A DNA stretch of 64,000 nt from Sphyrna mokarran (GCA_024679065.1 JAGIQG010000009.1:81530001-81594000), one strand, 5' to 3'; positions 10,202 through 22,140 are shown, numbered from the stretch's first letter. Numbers and translations are program-made. The notes: generated by a model from the sequence alone, not told the origin.

Positions 10202-13200
10202 TAGAACATTGAACATAGAACATTACAGCACAGAACAGGCCCTTTGGCCTTTGATGTTGTGCCGACCAATTATGAAAAAAGCAATGACCCTCCAAACTAA
10301 ACCATTCCCTTCTCTTCCATAAACTTATCAACTAACCTCTTAAACGCCACCAAAACTGGCACATCTACAACTGCTGCAGACAGGGCATTCCACTCCCTAA
10401 CCACCCTCTGGGTAAAGAACCTACCTCTGATATCCGTCCTATAACTATCACCCCTTAATTTAAAGCTGTGTCCCCTCGTGCTAGCTTTCTCCATCCTAGG
10501 ACAAAGGCTATCACTGTCCACCCTATCTAAACCTCTAATCATCTTATATGTTTCAATAAGGTCTCCTCTTAGCCGCCTTCTTTCTAACGAAACCAACCTC
10601 AAATCCCTCAGCCTCTCTTCATAAGACCTGCCCTCCATACCAGGCAACAGCCTGGTAAACCTCCTCTGTACCCTCTCCAATGCCTCCACATCTTTCTTAT
10701 AATGTGGGGACCAGAACTGCACACAATACTCCAAGTGCGGCCGCACTAGAGTTTTGTACAGTTGCAACTTGACGTTGCGGCTCCGAAATTCAATCCCCCT
10801 ACCAATAAAAGCTAAGACTCCATATGCCTTCTTAACAACCTTATCGACTTGATTGCCTACTTTCAGGGATCTATGCACACATACACCAAGATCCCTCTGT
10901 TCATCAACACTATTAAGAGTCCTACCATTAGCCCTATACTCTACGCATTTGTTATTCCTGCCAAAGTGCATTACCTCACACTTTTCCACATTAAACTCCA
11001 TTTGCCACCTCTCGGCCCAGCTCTGCAACTTGTCCAAGTCTCTCTGCCAACTATAACACCCCTCTTCACTATCTACCACTCCACCGACTTTAGTGTCATC
11101 TGCAAATTTACTACTCCATCCTTCAATACCCTCATCCAGATCATTTATAAAAATTACAAACAGCAGGGGCCCCAAAACAGACCCCTGAGGTACACCACAT
11201 GTAACCGAACTCCACGATGAATATCTCCCATCACCACCCTCTGTCTTCTATCTGCTAGCCAATTCCTAATCCAATTAGCTAAATCACTCTCAATCCCATA
11301 CATCTGCATTTTCTGCAGAAGCCTTCCATGGGCCACCTTATCGAATACCTTACTAAAGTCCATATATACCACATCAACTGCCTTACCCCCATCCACCTCT
11401 TTGGTCACTTTTTCAAAAAACTCAATCAGGTTAGTAAGGCACGACCTACCCTTCACAAAACCATGCTGACTATCCCCAATCAATTCATTTATCTCTAAAT
11501 AACTATAAATCCTATCCCTAATAATTCTTTCCAATACTTGGCCCACAACAGAAGTAAGACTCACCGGTCTATAATTCCCAGGAAAGTCTCTATTCCCCTT
11601 CTTGAACAATGGACCACATTCGCTATCCTCCAGTCTTCCGGCACTATACCCGTAACCAACGACGACCTGAAGATCAGAGCCAGAGGCTCTGCAATCTCCT
11701 CTCTCGCCTCCCAGAGAATCCTAGGGTAAATCCCGTCCGGCCCAGGGGATTTATCTAACTTCAAACCCTCAAGAATATCTAGCACATCCTCCTTATCTAC
11801 TTGAATACTTTCCAGTTTGCAACCCTGTATCCCAGTGTTCTCCACAACTACATTTACATCTCCCTGCGTGAATACCGAAGAGAAATATTTATTCAGTGCC
11901 TCTCCAATCTCTTCAGCTCCACGCACAACTTCCCACTGCTGTCTATGACTGGCCCTAATCTTGCCCTAACCAATCTTCTATTCTTAACATATCTAAAGAA
12001 AGCTTTAGGATTCTCCTTAATCCTATCAGCCAAAGTCTTCTCATGTCCCCTCTTAGCTCTCTTCAACTCACTCTTTAGCTCCCTCCTGGCTAATCTATAA
12101 CTATCCATTGCACTAACCGAGCCTTCAAGCCTCATCCTGACATAAGCCTCCTTTTCCCTTTTAACCAGCGAATTAACTTTTTTCGTACACCAAGGTTCCC
12201 TTACTCGACCATTTCCTCCTTGCCTGACAGGGATATACTTATCAAGGACTCGCAGCAGCTGCTCCTTGAATTAGCTCCACATTCCAGATGTTCCCAGTCC
12301 CTGTAGTTTCCTAGTCCAATCTATGCACCCTAATTCTCTCCTGATGGCCTCAGAATTACCCTTCCCCCAGCTATAACTACTGCCCCCAGCTTCATGCCTA
12401 TCCCTATCCATCACTAAGGTGAATGTAACCGAATTGTGGTCACTATCACCAAAAGGTTCACTAACTTCCAAGCCTAACACCTGGTCTGGCTCATTGCCCA
12501 GCACCAAATCCAGTGTAGCCTCACCTCTAGTTGGCCTATCTACATACTGAGTCAAAAAACCTTCCTGCACACTTTGTACAAAAACTGACCCCTCTAACGT
12601 GCTCGAGCTATAGCTATTCCAATCAATATTAGTAAAGTTAAAGTCCCCCATAACAATTACTCTATTACTTTCACTCCTGTCCAGGATCGACTTTGCAATC
12701 CTTTCCTCTACCTCTCTAGAACTTTTTAGGAGGTCTATAAAAGACTCCCAACAGGGTGACCTCTCCTCTCCTGTTTCTAATCTCAGCCCATACTACCTCA
12801 ACAGACAAGTCCTCATCAAACTTCTTTTCTATCACCGTGATACAGTCTTTGACCAATAATGCCACTCCTCCCCCCCTTCTACCTCCCTCTCTACTCCGAC
12901 TAAAGCATTTGTACCCCGGAACCTGCAACATCCATTCCTGTCCCTGCTCTACCCAAGTCTCTGAAATGGCCACAACATCGAAGTTCCAGGTACTGGTCCA
13001 AGCTGCAAGTTCCTCCACCTTATTGCGAATACTTCTTGCATTAAAGTATACGCATTTCAAACCATGCCCTACTCCACCCGTACACTGCTGTGCTTTACAG
13101 TTCTCATCTATGACCCCCCTATTCTCGTCCCTCTTAACATCCAAACTACTCAGGATCCCACCCCCCCTCTGAATCAGTTTAAACCCCCCTGCATAGCCTT

Positions 13201-14090
13201 TGCAAATTTTCCCCCCAAGATATTGGTTCCCCTCTGGTTCAGATGTAGACCATCTCTCTTGTAGAGGTCCCACCTATCCCAGAATGAGTCCCAATTGTTC
13301 AGGAACCTGACCCCTTCCCTCCTGCACCATCCCCGCAGCCACGAGTTCAAACATTCCCTCTCTCTGTTCTTCTCTAAACTATCCCGTGGCACAGGCAAGA
13401 GTCCAGAGATAACCACTCTGTCTGTTTTGGCCCTAAGCTTCCACCCCAACTCATAAATTTCTGTTTAATATCCCCTTCCCTTGTCCTACCTACATCATGT
13501 GTCCCTACATGAACTATGACTTGGGGCTGACTCCCCTCTCCCTTAAGAATCTTAAAAACCCGCTCTGAGACATCCTGGACCCCGGCCCCTGGGAGGCAAC
13601 ACACCAGCCCTGAGTCCCGTTTATTACTATTTATTCTCCTATCTGTCCCCCTAACTATGGAGTCTCCAATTACTAGGCCCAATCTCTTATTCCCCCTAGC
13701 CACCTGAGCATTCACAGCAGGCTCACCCCCAGAGACCTGCTCCCTTTGGCCATCTCCAATTGATTCTTCCTCAACTGTAGCCTCCAGGACAGAAAACTTG
13801 TTTTGGAGGGGAACAGCCCCGGGGGATTGTCTCCCCGATTGCTTCTTTTCCCTCTTCCTAATAGTTACCCAAGAATCACTTTTAGGAGTGACTATCTCTT
13901 TGTAACTCCTGTCAATATCCGCCTCAACCTCCCGAATTATCCTGAGTTCCTCTAATTCCAGCTCCAGCTCCTTAACACGATTCTCAAGGAGCTGCAAATG
14001 TGCACATTTCCTGCAGGTATAATCAGCAGGAACAGTACTAGTGTCCCTCACCTCGTACATACTGCAGGAGGTGCAACGTCCTGGTTTTGT
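10202..14090 (-). mobile_element. Near full-length CR1 LINE (ORF1 with Cys motifs, coiled coil and SGNH esterase; ORF2 APE-RT), frameshifted; cluster 1-specific
   Basis: ORF1 CTSC..CRKC, ENRVKELELELEEL, GDSIVRG, HVGTHD; APE YFNARSI, ISETW, GDFN, SDHN; RT NYRPVSLTS, FADD; 3' tail; empty site in cluster 2 at ~39630. Confidence 0.95.
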
Positions 14091-14316
14091 CCTCACCTGC
14101 TTTCTGTGACAGTGAATTCCACAGGTTTACCCCTCACTGGGTGAAGGAATTTCTCCTCACCTCAGTTCTAAAAGGTTTACCCCATATTCTCACACTATGA
14201 TGCCTCATACTGGATGCTCCCAGCATTGGGAACATGCTTCCTGTATCATTCCTGACGAATCTTGTTGGAATTTTATAGGTTTTTATGTGATCCCTGTCAT
14301 TCTTCTGAACTGCAGT

Positions 14317-14612
14317 GGGGGCAGCATGGTGACACAGTGGTTGGCACTGCTGCCTCACAGTGCCAGGGACCCAGGTTCAATTGCCAGCTTGGCTCACTGT
14401 TTGTGTGGAGTTTGCACATTCTTCCCATGTCTGTGTAGGTTTCCTCCACGTACTACAGTTTCCTCCCACAGTCCGAAAGGTGTGGAGGTTAGGTGAATTG
14501 GCCAAGCTAAATTCTCCGACAGAAGAGACACCAGAATGTTGCCACATGGCTATTTTCTCAGTGACTTCATTGCAGTGTGAATGTAAGCCTACTTGTGACT
14601 AAGAAATAAACT
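14317..14612 (+). mobile_element. tRNA-derived SINE
   Basis: GGGGCAGCATGGTGACACAGTGGTT..CCAGGTTCAATT head, GTGGAGTTTGCACATTC core, A-rich end. Confidence 0.85.
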
Positions 14613-15830
14613 TAAAAAAAACAATGCAATCTCTCCTCCAACATCCCACTATCACAGAAATCATTCCAGTAAACATTTGCTGCACTTCCTCTGTTGCAAA
14701 AGTATTCTTCCTCAGATGAGGGAATAAAACTGTACACATTATTCCCAGTGTGGTCTCGCCAAGACCCTGTATAACTGCAGAAAGACAGAATTACAAGGGA
14801 CAGGGATAGGGGAGATATGAGGAAACTTTTCCCCTTAATCACAGAGGCAGCAGATTCTGAGGGAATTGAGGGAAATCTTTTCACCCAGAGGGTGCTGGGA
14901 ATCTGGAACTCACTGCCTGAAAGGATGGTGGAGGTGGGAACCTTCACAACATTTAAGAAGCTTTTAGATGAGCACTTGAAATTCCAAAGCAAACAAAGCA
15001 ACGGATCAAATGCTGGAAAATGGGATTAGAATCGAAAGATGCTTAATGGCCGGCACTGACATGGACAATAGAATCTCTGAAGTGCAGGCGGAGACCATTC
15101 GGCCCATCGAGTCTGCATCGACTCTTACCGCATAAACCCCATGTATTTACCTCACTATTCCCCCTAACCTTTGAGAATTTTATAAGTCTCCACGAGTTGT
15201 TTCCTCATTCCTCTGAACTCCAGTGAATAAAAGTCTTAATCAACTCTATCTCTCCTCATACATCAGTCCCATTATAACAGGAATCAGTCTGGGATGCCTC
15301 CTCTGCACTTCCTCTTGAGCAAAAATATCCTTCCTGAGATAGGGAGACAAAACTGCGCACAATATTCCCAGTGCTGCCTCACCAAAGCCCTGTATAACTG
15401 CAGCAGGTCAGAATTAAGAAGACATAGAGCAGATACGAAAGAACTTTTCCCCTTTTAGCAGTAGATTCAAAAACCAGGTAGCATAGATTTAATTTCAGAA
15501 GCAGAAGATTTTGAGGGATTGGAGGAAAAACCTTTTCACTCAGAGGGTGTTGGGAATCTGGAACTCACTACCTGAAAGGGTGCTAGAGGCAGGAACCCTC
15601 ACAACATTTAAGAAGTATTTAGATGAGCATTTGAACTTCCAAAGCCGACAAGGTTATGAATCAAGTGTTGGAAAATGTGATTAGAATAATTAGGTGCTTG
15701 ATGGCCAACAGAGACAGGATGGGCTGAAGGGCTTCTTTCTGTGCTGTAAATTTCTATGGCATTCTGACTGAGCCAAGAGGTAAATGATGAGAATGTAAAA
15801 TTACTATCTTCTGGAAAATTCTGATGTGCA

Positions 15831-16035
15831 TAGAACATAGAACATTACAGTGCAGTACAAGCCCTTCGGCCCTCGATGTTGTACCGACCAGTGAAACCAA
15901 TCTAATGACCCTCTAACCTAAACTATTCCAATATTATTCCTATGCCTATCCACTGACCATTTGAATGCTTTTAAAATTGGCGAGTCCACAACTGCTGCAG
16001 GCAGAGCATTCCACGTCCTTACTACCGTCTGAGTA
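15831..16035 (-). mobile_element. Short CR1 3'-end insertion
   Basis: TAGAACA tail repeats followed by CR1 3' UTR and the end of ORF2; not present at the paralogous site in cluster 2. Confidence 0.8.
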
Positions 16036-17118
16036 ATTGCAAAAGTCTGCGGGTTAGATGGATTGCCCCTAGTGTGTTCTTTATGTGGGTTAGCAATGGT
16101 GAATGTGCAGGGTTACAGGGACCCTGGATAAGAAGCTCTTTTGGAGAATTGGGTGAAAAGATTTCCCTCACCTCTCTCAAAATCTGCTGCCTCTGTGATT
16201 AACGGGAAAAGTTTCCTCATATCTACCCTATCTCTGTCTCTCATAATTCTGTCGATGGGCTGAATATCCTCCTCCTGCACTGTAGGGATTCAATGGCTAA
16301 TAAAAAACTACACGGACTGTGTAAGATTTCCACGGGTGAAAGGATCCATTTTAAATGAACCTTGTTGTCACCAATTGAGGGCAGGATTCCAGCTGATTAC
16401 TATCTCACCCAGAGGAAAACAAAATTGGGATCCTGTTCAGGAAGTTAACAAATGAAGGACCCTGTCTGAGGACTGGTCACAACATGTACACAGCAAGATC
16501 CCACACACAGCAATGAGAACAATCAGCATTTTCAGTGATATTGGATGTGGAATAAATTTTGGATTGAACTCATCCCAAAGGAAAAGTAATAGAGTCTCCC
16601 CAAAAGCCTGGAACATTGAAGCCACTGGATTGTGACCCTGCTGTGGCTGTTTGTCATCAGAACTTCAGCAAGAGATAAGCAGGGAGTGGAGAGAGCAGAG
16701 TGAAAGCTGGGGCAGGTGACACCTCGGTGTCTCACTGTGCTGCTGCTGTGATCAGTTATATCAGAGAGTGAGACAGAGAGTTCAACTTCACATCAAACTC
16801 TGCCTGTGTGTGTCACAGTGAGACCGACAGGGGTCTAGAGAGTGATTTCACTCCATGCTGCAGGAATGTGAACACAGTCTGCAAACGTCCAGATCTCCTC
16901 CACACGGTGGGTAAAAGCTGCTTACTGAAATCTTGCTGTTTAAAGGGGGGAATGGAAGGAAAGAAATACAGCTGGACTCCCTGTTCTACACAATGTTCTT
17001 CAATCAACCATTTCATTGACTGCAACTTCCTCACTAACACCTTCAACTATTCAGTATTTGTGTTTGAGAAAGTTTCAGCATTGAAAGGGTTAATAACGGA
17101 GGATTGGGCTTTACTTAC

Positions 17119-17153
17119 TCAGTCTGAGTTTGGTTCCTTTAGAAAACGTAAGG
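17119..17153 (-). CDS. IGKJ: Ig kappa J segment, cluster 1 (LTFSKGTKLRL)
   Basis: C CTT ACG TTT TCT AAA GGA ACC AAA CTC AGA CTG A|GTAAGT; flanked by a 23-RSS; phase matches the C exon. Confidence 0.95.
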
Positions 17154-17192
17154 CACACTGACAGCTTCCAGTGCAGGAGCTGTACAAAAACC
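17154..17192 (+). promoter_or_regulatory. 23-bp spacer recombination signal sequence of J1
   Basis: CACACTG (17154-60) + 23 nt + ACAAAAACC (17184-92). Confidence 0.95.
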
Positions 17193-17460
17193 TCTGTCTC
17201 TGACTCACTCACTCACTCACTCATCTCTTTCTCTCTCACTCTTTCTCTCTCCCTGTTTCCCTGAATGTCTCTGTGTTTTATTGAGAGAGTTGAGAATTTT
17301 AATTTGAGATGATAAATCTTTCAGCTGCTCTTCATATGTGAACATGGAGAGTAAGAGGGAAACTCGAGGCCTTCAGTGAGCGGTGGACACCACAGGGACT
17401 GGAGTGTGTAGTGGACAGTGCAAATAATTTGTTCAGTTTCCTTTCTTGTGTTTGTTAATT

Positions 17461-18120
17461 ATTATATAAAACTGTGGGATGTGTCAGTACAGGAGGTGGG
17501 ACTGTGTGTCCATTATTATATATTATATAAAACTGTGGGATGTGTCAGTACAGGAGGTGGGACTGTGTGTCCATTATTATATATTATATAAAACTGTGGG
17601 ATGTGTCAGTACAGGAGGTGGTGCTGTGTGTCCATTATTATGTATTATATAAAACTGTGGGATGTGTCAGTACAGGAGGTGGGACTGTGTGTCCATTATT
17701 ATATATTATATAAAACTGTGGGATGTGTCAGTACCGGAGGTGGGACTGTGTGTCCATTATTATATATTATATAAAACTGTGGGATGTGTCAGTACAGGAG
17801 GTGGTGCTGTGTGTCCATTATTATATATTGTATAAAACTGTGGGATGTGTCAGTACAGGAGGTGGGACTGTGTGTCCATTATTATATATTATATAAAACT
17901 GTGGGATGTGTCAGTACAGGAGGTGGGACTGTGTGTCCATTATTATATATTATATAAAACTGTGGGATGTGTCAGTACAGGAGGTGGGATTGTGTGTCCA
18001 TTATTATATATTATATAAAACTGTGGGATGTGTTAGTACAGGAGGTGGGACTGTGTGTCCATTATTATATATTATATAAAACTGTGGGATGTGTCAGTAC
18101 AGGAGGTGGGACTGTGTGTG
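17461..18120. repeat. 61-bp minisatellite, ~11 copies, filling the V-J intervening sequence
   Basis: Unit ATTATATAAAACTGTGGGATGTGTCAGTACAGGAGGTGGGACTGTGTGTCCATTATTATAT. Confidence 0.97.
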
Positions 18121-18124
18121 TTGG

Positions 18125-18152
18125 GGTTTTTGTAAGGCTCTGTATCACTGTG
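18125..18152 (-). promoter_or_regulatory. 12-bp spacer recombination signal sequence of V1
   Basis: CACAGTG + ATACAGAGCCTT + ACAAAAACC, perfect consensus heptamer and nonamer; V-12/J-23 is the kappa configuration. Confidence 0.97.
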
Positions 18153-18450
18153 CAGGGCCAGCTGTGACATTGCTGACAGTAATAATCAGCGACATCCTCA
18201 TTCTGAACATTGCTGATTGTCAGGGTGAATCTTGTCCCAGATCCACTGCCGCTGAATCGGTCGGATACTCCTGTGAATCGAGTTGATGCAGCATAGATCA
18301 GCAGAGCCGGTTTCTGTCCTTCTCGCTGTTGATACCAACTCACATAGCTGCTAACAGATTGACTGGCCGTACAGGTGATGGTGGCGGTCTGGCCCAGGCT
18401 CACTGACAGCACCGGGGGAGTCTGGGTCATGATGATCTCTCCATTGATAC
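18153..18450 (-). CDS. IGKV: Ig kappa V exon, cluster 1
   Basis: Acceptor CCCTCAG; (G)[56 protein letters not shown]; open frame ending at the RSS. Confidence 0.97.
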
Positions 18451-18636
18451 CTGAGGGGTAATAGAGAAACAGAGTGAAGTCAGAACTGTCACAGAAAGAG
18501 GCTGTACAATGAGATATTGTTGAAGACACCGACTGTTCATCTCCTTTCAACATTTTCCCTTCAATCACAAGTCAGGAGAATTGGATTGAAATGGAGAGCA
18601 GGAAAATATTCAAGGTGGAAGGAGAGAGATTAGTAC

Positions 18637-18685
18637 CTGCGATGCAGAATGCCAGAGGCCAGAGCAGCTGGATGGCTGAAATCAT
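18637..18685 (-). CDS. IGKV: Leader (signal peptide) exon, cluster 1: MISAIQLLWPLAFCIA(G)
   Basis: 49-nt exon from ATG to G|GTACTA donor; phase 1 matches the V exon. Confidence 0.92.
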
Positions 18686-18744
18686 GGTGTGTGCTCGTGT
18701 CCCTGTGCCTGTTACTGATAAACTCTCCCTTCACTGGGCTCTGC

Positions 18745-18840
18745 TTTATAAAGCTGCAGCCTGTGAGAGTCTCACTGCCTGTTCCTCAGTTCGTTAATGG
18801 TTTGACCCAGAGAAACCACGTCAGCACCTTTCACTTCCTC
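18745..18840 (-). promoter_or_regulatory. V1 promoter: TATA, CRE-like and Ets-IRF motifs
   Basis: TTTATAAA 18745-52 (60 nt 5' of ATG), TGACGTGG 18816-23, GAGGAAGTGAAA 18829-40. Confidence 0.7.
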
Positions 18841-19012
18841 TTCTTCTCTCTCTATCCCTCAGTCTCTGTCCCTCAGTCTCTGTTTTTCACTCTGTCAATA
18901 TCTTTCCCTCACTCGCTGTCTCTCTCTCTCTCTTACTCTCAATATCTGTCCCTCAATCTCTGTCTCTCTCATTCCTTTGGTATCACTCCCTCAATTCTTA
19001 TCTCTTCCATTC

Positions 19013-20968
19013 ATAGAACATAGAACATTACAGCGCAGTACAGGCCCTTCGGCCCTCGATGTTGCGCCGGCCAGTGGACCCTCTAACCTAAACTATTCCA
19101 ATATCATCCATATGCCTATCCACCGAACATTTGAATGCCCCCAAAGTAGGCGAGTCCACAACTGCTGCAAGCAGGGCATTCCACGCTCTCACCACCCTCT
19201 GTGTAAAGAACCTGCCTCTGACATCCGTCCTATAACTACCACCTCTAATTTAAAGTTATGTCCCCTCGTGTTGGTCATCACCATCCGAGGAAAAAGGCTC
19301 TCACTATCCACCCTATCCAGTCCTTTGATCATCTTATACGCCTCAATTAGGTCACCGCGTAACCTTCTTCTTCTCTAATGAAAATAACCTCAGGTCCCTC
19401 AGCCTTTCCTCATAAGGCCTTCCCACCATACCAGGCAACATCCTGGTAAACCTCCTCTGCACCCTTTCCAATGCTTCCACATCTTTCTTATAATGCGGCA
19501 ACCAGAACTGTACGCAATATTCCAAGTGCGGCCGCACCAGAGTTTTGTACAGTTGTAACATAACCTCACGGCTCCTAAATTCAATCCCTCTACTAATAAA
19601 AGCTAACACACCGTACACCTTCTTAACAACTTTATCAACCTGGGTGCCAACTTTCAAAGAGCTATGTACTTGTACCCCAAGATCCCTCTGCTCGACAACA
19701 CTATTAAGGGTCCTTCCATTAGACCTATATTTCATATGCCTGTTATTCCTACCAAAGTGAATCACCTCACACTTATCCGTATTGAATTCCATTTGACACC
19801 TCACGGCCCAGCTCTGCAACCTATCTATGTCCCTCTGCAAACTGTAACATCCATCCTCGCTGTCTACAACTCCCCCCACTTTGGTATCATCAGCAAATTT
19901 ACTAATCCAACCCTTTACACCCTCATCTAGGTCATTTATAAAAATGACAAACAACAGTGGCCCCAAAACAGATCCTTGAGGTACACCACTTGTAACTGCA
20001 CTCCAGGTTGAATATTTCCCATCAACCACCACCCTCTGTCTTCTATCAGCTAGCCAATTCCTAATCCAAATGCTAAATCACCTTCAATCCCATGCATCTG
20101 CACTTTCTGCAGTAGCCTACTATGGGGAACCTTATCAAACGCTTTGCTAAAATCCATATACACTACATCAACTGCCTTACCCTTATCTACCTCTTTGGTC
20201 ACCTCCTCAAAAAACTCAATACGGTTTGTGAGGCACGACCTACCCTTCACAAAACCGTGCTGACTATCCCTAATCAATTTATTTCTCTCTAGATGCTTAT
20301 AAATCCTATCCATTATAATTCTTTCCAAGACTTTGCCCACAACAGAAGTCAGGCTCACCGGTCTATAATTTCCAGGATGGTCCCTACTCCCATTTTTGAA
20401 CAAAGGGACAACATTTGCCATCCTCCAGTCTTCCGGCACTATATCTGTAGTCAACGGCGACATGAATATCAAAGCCAAAGGCTCTGCAATCTCCTCTCTA
20501 GCCTCCCAGAGAATCCTAGGGTAAATCCCATCTGGCCCAGGGGACTTATCAATTTTCATACTCTCAAGATTCGCTAACACCTCCTCCTTATGAACCTCAA
20601 TCCTACCCAGTCTACAACCTGGTATCACAGTATTCTCCCCGACAACATTGTCTTTCTCCTGCGTGAATACTGACGAAAAATACTCATTCAGTGTCTCTCC
20701 TATCTCCTCAGGCTCCACGCACAACTTCCCACTGCTATCTCTGACTGGCCCTAATCTTGCCCTAACCAATCTTTTATTATTTATATACCTGTAAAAAGCT
20801 TTAGGATTCTCCTGAATCCTATCCGCCAAAGTCTTCTCGTGTCCTCTTCTAGCTCTTCTCAACTCCCTCTTTAGCTCCGTCCTGGCTAATTTATAGCTCT
20901 CCAGTGCCCTAACTGAGCCTTCACGTCTCATCATTATATAAGCCTCCTTCTTCCTCTTCACCAGAAGT
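19013..20968 (-). mobile_element. 5'-truncated CR1 LINE upstream of V1; cluster 1-specific
   Basis: RT ORFs 19352-20032 and 20050-20991; TAGAACA tail; absent at the paralogous site ~47490. Confidence 0.93.
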
Positions 20969-21189
20969 CCCTCAGTCTCTGTGTCCCTCATTCTATTGAT
21001 ATCACTCCCTCAATTCTTATCTCTTCCATTCTTTGAGTGACTCTCCATTAGTCTCTGTTTCTATCCACTCTCACTGTCTCCCTCTTTTCATTCCTGTCTC
21101 ACTCTCTTTGTTTACCCTCTTGTTCACTCTTTCTTTCTCCTCATTCTCCCACTCTCTATTTCTCTCAGTTTTTCCCTCACTTCATCTCA

Positions 21190-22140
21190 TAGAGTCATAG
21201 AGGTTTACAGCATGAAAACAGGCCCTTCAGCCCAACTTGTCCATGCTGCCTTTTTTTTAAACCCCTAACCCCAGTTGCTGCATTTGGCCCATATCCCTCT
21301 ATATGCATCTTATCCATGTAACTGCCTAAATTCTTTTTAAAAGACAAAATTATACTCACTAATTCTACGAAAACCTCTGGCAACTTGTTCCAGACAATCA
21401 CCACCCTCTGTGTGAAAATATTGCACGTTTGGACACTTTTGTGTCTCTCCTCTCTCACCTTAAACCTATGCCATCTAGTGTTAGACTCCCCTAACTCTGG
21501 GGAAATGATATCGAATATCTGGTTGATCTATACTCCTCATTATTTTATAGACCTCTGTAAGATCACCCCTCAGCCTTCTATGCTCCAGGGAAAAAGTCCA
21601 GCCTCTCCTTATAACCCAAATCAAGTTCTGGTAGCCTCATAGTAAATCTTTTCTGCATTCTTTCTAGTTTAATAATATCCTTTCTATAATAGGGTGACCA
21701 GAATTATATACAGTATTCCAAATGTGCCCTCACTAATGTTCTGTATAACTTCAACAAGACGTCCTGATTCCAGTATCCAATGTTCTAATCAATGAAACCA
21801 AGCATCAGAATGCCTTCTCCAGCACTCTGTCTGCCCGTGACTCCACTTTCAAAGTGCTATGAACCTGTATCCCTGTAATTCTTCCCAATGCCCTACCATG
21901 AACTTAGTAAGTCCTGCCCTGGTTCAATCTACCAAAATACCTTGCATTAATCTAAATTAAACTCCAGTTGCCATTCATCAGCCCACTGGCCTAATTCCAG
22001 TTGCAATTGGAAATAACTTTTTTCACTGTCCACTATGCCATCTATCTTGGTGTCATTTGCAAACTTACTAACCATAACTCCTATATTCTCGTCCATATCA
22101 TTAATATTAAGCACAAATCACAGTGGACGCAGCATCGGTC
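21190..22140 (-). mobile_element. Older CR1 fragment shared by both clusters
   Basis: FTQRVVIVWNKLP motif and CATAGAGT tail; paralogue at 47657-48335. Confidence 0.8.

Noticed and set aside
16808-17161. 117-aa + strand ORF conserved in both clusters (45206-45559)
   Set aside because: Antisense to J, no recognisable domain, non-ATG start; conservation is explained by recent duplication
17461-18120. CRISPR-like appearance of the periodic array
   Set aside because: The whole 61-bp unit repeats with no unique spacers; no cas genes; vertebrate context
18160-18166. Cryptic heptamer CACAGCT inside V1 CDR3
   Set aside because: 26 nt from the nonamer; fits neither the 12 nor the 23 rule
17119-18450. 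Germline-joined VJ genes, known in shark light chains
   Set aside because: Both clusters are split, with intact RSSs
18065-18568. 167-aa ORFs (also 46538-47041) as full proteins
   Set aside because: They are the V exon read through the intron, RSS and minisatellite
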